The translations under genes and the position numbers were made by a program. A DNA stretch of 64,000 bases, taken from contig CAJKQK010000003.1 of NCBI GenBank assembly GCA_905202055.1, positions 1,264-65,263 of the forward strand, in the 5' to 3' direction. This document shows positions 58,606 to 64,000 of this stretch, piece after piece; the first letter of the stretch is position 1; every line of letters starts with the position of its first letter. The notes under the pieces were generated by a model. The model did no database searches and was not told where the DNA came from. It was given only the letters and a program-made list of their open reading frames with translations. Origin of the DNA: an uncultured Oxalobacter sp. (GTDB lineage: Bacteria; Pseudomonadota; Gammaproteobacteria; Burkholderiales; Burkholderiaceae_D).

Positions 58606-60156
58606 TCAGGCAGCTTCCTGAGAACGGATCTGTTTGAAATCCGTAATCGCTGCTGCAAGAGTCGATTCATCGTCCTTGTCCAGCTTCTTGTTTTCATCAA
58701 TTCTTCTCAGGAGATCGGAATGATTGTCTTTCATGTAAGCGTGCAGTTCGGCTTCGAATGGCAGGACATCCTTTACTTCGATGTCATCCAGGAAACCGCT
58801 GTTGACGGCAAACAGGGAAACGGACATTAAGGAAATCGGCAGTGGCGAGTACTGATCCTGTTTCAACAGTTCGGTAACACGGGCGCCACGATCGAGCTGG
58901 CGTCTGGTCGCTTCGTCCAGATCGGACGCAAACTGTGCAAACGCAGCCAATTCACGATACTGGGCCAAGTCGGTACGAATACCGCCGGAGAGGCTCTTGA
59001 TCGCTTTGGTCTGTGCAGCACCACCCACACGCGAAACCGAAATACCGGCGTTAATCGCAGGACGGATACCAGCGTTGAACAAGTTGGTTTCCAGGAAGAT
59101 CTGACCGTCGGTAATGGAAATAACGTTGGTCGGAACGAACGCGGAAACGTCACCTGCTTGGGTTTCAATGATCGGCAAAGCGGTCAATGAACCGGTCTTG
59201 CCCTTGACTTCGCCATTGGTGAATTCTTCGACGTAATGTTCGTTGACACGAGCGGCACGTTCCAACAGGCGGGAGTGCAAATAGAAAACGTCACCAGGGA
59301 ATGCTTCACGTCCAGGTGGACGACGCAACAGCAGGGAAACCTGACGATAGGCAACGGCCTGTTTGGACAGATCATCATAAACAATCAGGGCATCCTGACC
59401 GCGGTCGCGGAAGTATTCACCCATGGCACAGCCGGCATATGGTGCAATGTACTGCATTGCAGCAGATTCGGAAGCGGTTGCAGCGACAACGATGGTGTAA
59501 TCCATGGCGCCATTGTCTTCCAGGGCGCGAACGGTATTCTTGATCGAAGAAGCTTTCTGGCCGACAGCGACATAAATACAGATCATGTCCTGGCCTTTTT
59601 GATTGATGATGGCATCAATTGCAACAGCGGTTTTGCCTGTCTGACGGTCGCCAATGATCAATTCACGTTGTCCACGTCCGATTGGCACCATGGAGTCAAT
59701 CGCCTTCAAACCGGTTTGCATCGGCTGGGAAACGGACTGGCGGGCAATAACGCCCGGAGCGATTTTTTCGATTGGGCTGGTCAGTTTTGCATTGACCGGG
59801 CCTTTGCCGTCAATCGGTGCTCCCAGGGAATCAACGACACGACCGATCAATTCGGGACCGGTCGGGACTTCCAGAATACGACCCGTACATTTAACGGTGT
59901 CGCCTTCTGAAATATGTTCGTATGCACCCAGAACCACGGCACCGACGGAATCACGTTCCAGGTTCAATGCCAGGCCAAAAGTATTACCGGGGAATTCAAG
60001 CATTTCCCCCTGCATAACGTCAGAGAGGCCATGAATACGGCAGATACCGTCGGAGACGGAAATAACGGTACCCTGATTGCGAATCTCGGCCGAGTCACCC
60101 AGATTCTCTATCCGATTTTTAATCAGATCACTGATTTCGGACGGGTTTAGTAACAT
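58606..60156 (-). CDS. atpA: ATP synthase alpha subunit.
   Basis: 516 aa, with GDRQTGKT. Confidence 0.95.
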   Translation of the reverse strand: MLLNPSEISDLIKNRIENLGDSAEIRNQGTVISVSDGICRIHGLSDVMQGEMLEFPGNTFGLALNLERDSVGAVVLGAYEHISEGDTVKCTGRILEVPTGPELIGRVVDSLGAPIDGKGPVNAKLTSPIEKIAPGVIARQSVSQPMQTGLKAIDSMVPIGRGQRELIIGDRQTGKTAVAIDAIINQKGQDMICIYVAVGQKASSIKNTVRALEDNGAMDYTIVVAATASESAAMQYIAPYAGCAMGEYFRDRGQDALIVYDDLSKQAVAYRQVSLLLRRPPGREAFPGDVFYLHSRLLERAARVNEHYVEEFTNGEVKGKTGSLTALPIIETQAGDVSAFVPTNVISITDGQIFLETNLFNAGIRPAINAGISVSRVGGAAQTKAIKSLSGGIRTDLAQYRELAAFAQFASDLDEATRRQLDRGARVTELLKQDQYSPLPISLMSVSLFAVNSGFLDDIEVKDVLPFEAELHAYMKDNHSDLLRRIDENKKLDKDDESTLAAAITDFKQIRSQEAA

Positions 60157-60205
60157 GCTAACTCCTAATATTGTTCTATCGGTTCGCGCCGCTCAAGCAG
60201 CTTGA

Positions 60206-60736
60206 TTACGAAACAAGGGTTTCCTGCATTTTTTGCAGCTTTCCACGCACAGACAGGTCTAAAACTTCATCGCCGACAGTAGCACAGATGCCGCCGATGA
60301 GTGATTCATCGACCTCGACAGTAGGAATAAGCTTGCGTCCAAACCGCTTTTCCAGTTTGCCGACGATGTCATCGACCTGAGCTTCAGTCAATGGAAAAGC
60401 TGTGGCTATTTTTGCAATTGCCGCTCCCTGGCTTGCATTTTTCAGTTCTTCAAACTGATTGGCAATTTCAGGGAGTAGAGAAACACGGTCATTATCAACG
60501 AGAACCTTGATGAAATTTTTTACCGTTTCATCATTTTCACATCGAAAAATCGAGTAAAGGATTTCAGCTATCTGATCCTTTCTCAAATTCGGATTGTTCG
60601 CAACCTCAAGAACTTGAGGATGCGATCCGATTTTAGACAATGCTTCAATCAGCTGAGACCACTGTGTCAAATCCTGCTTTTGCGCTATCTGAAAAAGTGC
60701 TTCAGCATATGGGCGCGCTACAGTAGCTATTTCCAT
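60206..60736 (-). CDS. atpH: ATP synthase delta subunit.
   Basis: 176 aa. Confidence 0.85.
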   Translation of the reverse strand: MEIATVARPYAEALFQIAQKQDLTQWSQLIEALSKIGSHPQVLEVANNPNLRKDQIAEILYSIFRCENDETVKNFIKVLVDNDRVSLLPEIANQFEELKNASQGAAIAKIATAFPLTEAQVDDIVGKLEKRFGRKLIPTVEVDESLIGGICATVGDEVLDLSVRGKLQKMQETLVS

Positions 60737-60738
60737 AA

Positions 60739-61239
60739 TTAAAGTTCAGCAGAAATTTTGTTTAACAGATCAGCGTGAGCCTGAGCGTCGATTTCCTTTT
60801 TGAGAATCTGCTCTGCTCCCTTGACAGCCAGTGCCGCAACTTCTGCACGAAGTTGTTCTCTTGCCTGTTTGATCTGCAGATCGGCCTGAGCTCTGGCTTG
60901 AGCCAGAATTTCGGCAGCCTCGCTCTCAGCATCGTTTTTGATGTCATCCGCAATTTTCTGTGCCCGTGTTTCAGCTTCCAGAACACGTTTTTGACCTTCT
61001 TCTCTTGCTTTGGCAAGTTCGGTCTGAACGTGCTTTTGTACGGCAATCATTTCCTGTTTGCTGCGGTCAGCTGCAGTCAAACCTTCCTGAATTCTTTTCG
61101 CGCGTTCATCCAGTACTTTTACCAAAGGTGGCCATACTACTTTTGCCGTGAATATGGCAAGAACAATAAAGACCACGAATTGCGCGAATAAAGTCGCATT
61201 TAAATTCACGGTGTATTCCTTTTTAATAGCTTTCGCCAA
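60739..61239 (-). CDS. atpF: ATP synthase b subunit.
   Basis: 166 aa, an N-terminal TM helix followed by a long coiled-coil. Confidence 0.85.
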   Translation of the reverse strand: MAKAIKKEYTVNLNATLFAQFVVFIVLAIFTAKVVWPPLVKVLDERAKRIQEGLTAADRSKQEMIAVQKHVQTELAKAREEGQKRVLEAETRAQKIADDIKNDAESEAAEILAQARAQADLQIKQAREQLRAEVAALAVKGAEQILKKEIDAQAHADLLNKISAEL

Positions 61240-61282
61240 TTAAATGACTCGAGATGTTGCCATCCGAACCGTCGTACATTGA

Positions 61283-61582
<300 letters not shown>

Positions 61583-61585
61583 TTA

Positions 61586-62428
61586 TTAGTGACCTTCGTG
61601 TGCAAGACCCAGATAAACGAGTGTCAACATCATGAAAATGAAAGCTTGCAGGAAGACGATCAGAATATGGAAAATCGCCCAGATTGCGCCGGCTATCACG
61701 TGTCCGATAAACAGGAAAGAACCGCCGATTGACAGGGAAGCATAGGCACCCAGCATGGCAATCATCAGGAACAGCAATTCACCTGCATACATATTTCCCC
61801 AGAGTCGCATTGCCAGGGAAACCATTTTGGAAATGTATTCAATACAGTTCAAAACAAAGTTGGCAGGAGCCAGGGCCAGTCCGAACGGAGCACCGAACAG
61901 TTCATGCAGGAAGCCTTTCAGGCCTTTTACCTTGATACCAAAATAAATCATCAGTACAACAACACCTAATGAAATACCGACAGTACCGTTCAGGTCTGAG
62001 GTCGGAACGGCACGATGATACGGAATGTGAACATTAAGGCCGAGCCAGTTGAAAATCTGGCTGAACAGATCCACTGGCAAAAAGTCCATGGAGTTCATCA
62101 GGGAAATCCAGACGAACATGGTCAGGGCAAGAGGAGCGATAAAACGACGGTCCCCGTGGATCTGCGCCTTTGACTGACTGTCAGCCATTTCAACCAGTAC
62201 TTCTACGATGGATTGAACACGGTTAGGTGTATCCGAGGTAGCCTTGCGGGCGACGTAGTACATAAAAATACAGGCAACGACACCACAAAAAACAGACCAG
62301 AAGACGGTATCAAGATTAATAATAGAAAAATCTATAATTTTTTCCTGATGACTTGTCCCGAAGTTCTGAAGGTGGTGGGTTACGTATTCTGCCAATGTTG
62401 GCGAATGGGCATCTGCAGACATAGTCAA
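61586..62428 (-). CDS. atpB: ATP synthase a subunit.
   Basis: 280 aa, with a conserved Arg in the penultimate TM helix. Confidence 0.9.
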   Translation of the reverse strand: MTMSADAHSPTLAEYVTHHLQNFGTSHQEKIIDFSIINLDTVFWSVFCGVVACIFMYYVARKATSDTPNRVQSIVEVLVEMADSQSKAQIHGDRRFIAPLALTMFVWISLMNSMDFLPVDLFSQIFNWLGLNVHIPYHRAVPTSDLNGTVGISLGVVVLMIYFGIKVKGLKGFLHELFGAPFGLALAPANFVLNCIEYISKMVSLAMRLWGNMYAGELLFLMIAMLGAYASLSIGGSFLFIGHVIAGAIWAIFHILIVFLQAFIFMMLTLVYLGLAHEGH

Positions 62429-62781
62429 CTCTTCGATTTCGACAATAAAAAAATATAACTTTTAAGAACCAGTATATAGCTCACGATAAATGCAACCCAT
62501 TTGACATCCTGATATAGCCAGAAAACCAGAAACATCAGGACAATCGAGATTGCAATCTTCACAAATTCCATTACAAAAAAGGTGGCAGGGATAATTTTGC
62601 GAAAGATTTTCTGGGCCAGAAAAAGTCCCACGAAAAAAATTACATTGGGTACAACACAACTTAATCCGGCCAGAAACGAAGAAACTCCCGAAGGACGCCC
62701 TCCAATCAATACCGCAATCAAGGCAATGATTATCGCAATGCCGAACTGCCACAACAATACACGTCCCAGTTTTGGTCCCAT
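62425..62781 (-). CDS. atpI: ATP synthase protein I.
   Basis: 118 aa small membrane protein, first gene of the operon. Confidence 0.65.
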   Translation of the reverse strand: MGPKLGRVLLWQFGIAIIIALIAVLIGGRPSGVSSFLAGLSCVVPNVIFFVGLFLAQKIFRKIIPATFFVMEFVKIAISIVLMFLVFWLYQDVKWVAFIVSYILVLKSYIFLLSKSKS

Positions 62782-63027
62782 AAGTCTGATGACATCAAAT
62801 AAGGTACGTGCTGTCAGAACGTTTCATCTTTTGTAAAAAGCAAGAAATTTACGCTCTGACTAACATCAAACCCCCAAATTATACTTGTGCTAAAGAGTGT
62901 CAGTCAACGAAACTTTGCACAATAAATATGCAAAATATTTCTTATTTGGTAATTCGTCGAATCTGTTTTTTTCTTTAAAAATTAGTTGGCTTTGCAATAT
63001 TTTTAAAGCAAATTATTAATTCGGTTT

Positions 63028-63663
63028 TCATCCCTTCACGAATGCATTTCCCTTGCGTTCATTTCCAATGGAAGAAACAGGGCCATGACCCGGGATGAAT
63101 TGTACGTCATCACCCAATGTATACATGTTTTCCTTGATCGACTTCGAAAGCTGGGTAAAGCTGCCTTTGGGAAGATCGGTGCGCCCAACCGAACCGGCAA
63201 AAAGCACGTCACCTGAGATGGCAACTTTGGTCGGGGTGTGGAAGAAAATGACGTGACCGGGAGAATGTCCGGGGCAATGAAAGACCTTCAGTATTTCGTT
63301 TCCTACTGTGACTTCATCACCCTGATCCAGCCAGCGATTGGGGGTGAATGGTTCGCCTGCGGGCAAGCCCCACATACGGGACTGTTCCGAGCCGAGTTGT
63401 TCGAGAAGGTAGGCGTCGTCCTTATGGGGGCCTTCGATAGGCACATCATATTCTTCAGCCAGTTTTTTGGCTCCGCCGCAATGATCGAGATGACCATGTG
63501 TCACCAGCACTTTTTCAAGGGTCAGGCCACGCTGTTTCAAGGCGTCACTGATTTTATTGATATCTCCGCCCGGATCGACGACGGCCGCTTTATTTGTGTT
63601 TTCATCCCACATCAGCGTGCAGTTTTGCTGAAATGGCGTTACAGGAATGATTTGAAACTTCAT
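63028..63663 (-). CDS. MBL-fold metallo-hydrolase (glyoxalase II-like).
   Basis: The THGHLDHCGG metal-binding motif is present. Confidence 0.75.
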   Translation of the reverse strand: MKFQIIPVTPFQQNCTLMWDENTNKAAVVDPGGDINKISDALKQRGLTLEKVLVTHGHLDHCGGAKKLAEEYDVPIEGPHKDDAYLLEQLGSEQSRMWGLPAGEPFTPNRWLDQGDEVTVGNEILKVFHCPGHSPGHVIFFHTPTKVAISGDVLFAGSVGRTDLPKGSFTQLSKSIKENMYTLGDDVQFIPGHGPVSSIGNERKGNAFVKG

Positions 63664-64000
63664 GGCTGCTCACATTATAAAAGTTTGAAACGGGAAGTCG
63701 GAAGCAACAACTCTGATTTCATACCCTTCAAATCAGGGGATTCAATGGCGTTGCCCGGGTCAAAACCGGAACATTATAGCCATAATTGATCGATTTGAGA
63801 CAAATCGATTCCAGTATCTTTATGTTTTTATATGGATTTAATTATTGTCGGCAAAATTATTGCGGGATTCGCATTCTTTTTTTGACACTTGCGGGAAGCC
63901 GGCAAGAATGAGCTCCAGTTGTTGCAACTGGCTCTTGTCCGGATTTCGTATCTGGAATGTGGTTGATCCGGATGGTCTGGTCCGGACGTGTGTCAGGGCA

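Overview
This 64 kb window is a chromosomal segment from what looks like a betaproteobacterium (gene content and gene order; about 45-50% GC by eye). Most of it is conserved housekeeping sequence. In order along the window: hcp (5' end cut by the window edge), hcr and the Rrf2 regulator nsrR, a nitrosative-stress module; dsbC/dsbG-like; a DMT transporter; metH; an M61 peptidase with a PDZ domain; trpC-trpD-trpG; yacG-zapD-coaE-pilD; a slmA-like TetR regulator; a HAD nucleotidase; yidC-yidD-rnpA-rpmH, divergent from dnaA-dnaN-gyrB; an AI-2E transporter; a YcgL-domain protein, a Host_attach-family protein and a small secreted protein; an aminopeptidase P; hpt; parB-parA-rsmG-mnmG; a malic enzyme; pyrC; a PduO-type adenosyltransferase; folE2; dxs-ispA-xseB; an EamA transporter; polA; a LOG-family protein; type II thrB; argB; and the full atpIBEFHAGDC operon followed by an MBL-fold hydrolase.

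The most notable feature is a roughly 4 kb insertion next to a tRNA-Thr(CGU) gene, bounded by two imperfect (~90%) direct repeats of about 113 bp. Each repeat holds the tRNA 3' end and its downstream terminator hairpin. Between the repeats is a tightly overlapping, co-directional three-gene operon: an HTH-fused C5 cytosine methyltransferase, a Vsr very-short-patch-repair endonuclease, and an EcoRII-family restriction endonuclease. The endonuclease gene is markedly AT-rich. A 17-bp perfect palindrome sits 24 bp upstream of the methyltransferase start and is a candidate autoregulatory operator. The insertion also carries a frame-disrupted gene remnant and has no integrase.

A second point is the ~480 bp AT-rich (about 72% AT) intergenic region between mnmG and the malic enzyme gene. 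It contains a perfect parS site and three DnaA-box-like 9-mers and is a good oriC candidate. A second perfect DnaA box lies upstream of dnaA. I also noticed a yacG gene missing from the ORF track, several over-extended ORF-track start codons, and a gyrB terminator hairpin whose arms are parS half-sites. I found no CRISPR array, no intact integrase or transposase, and no prophage.
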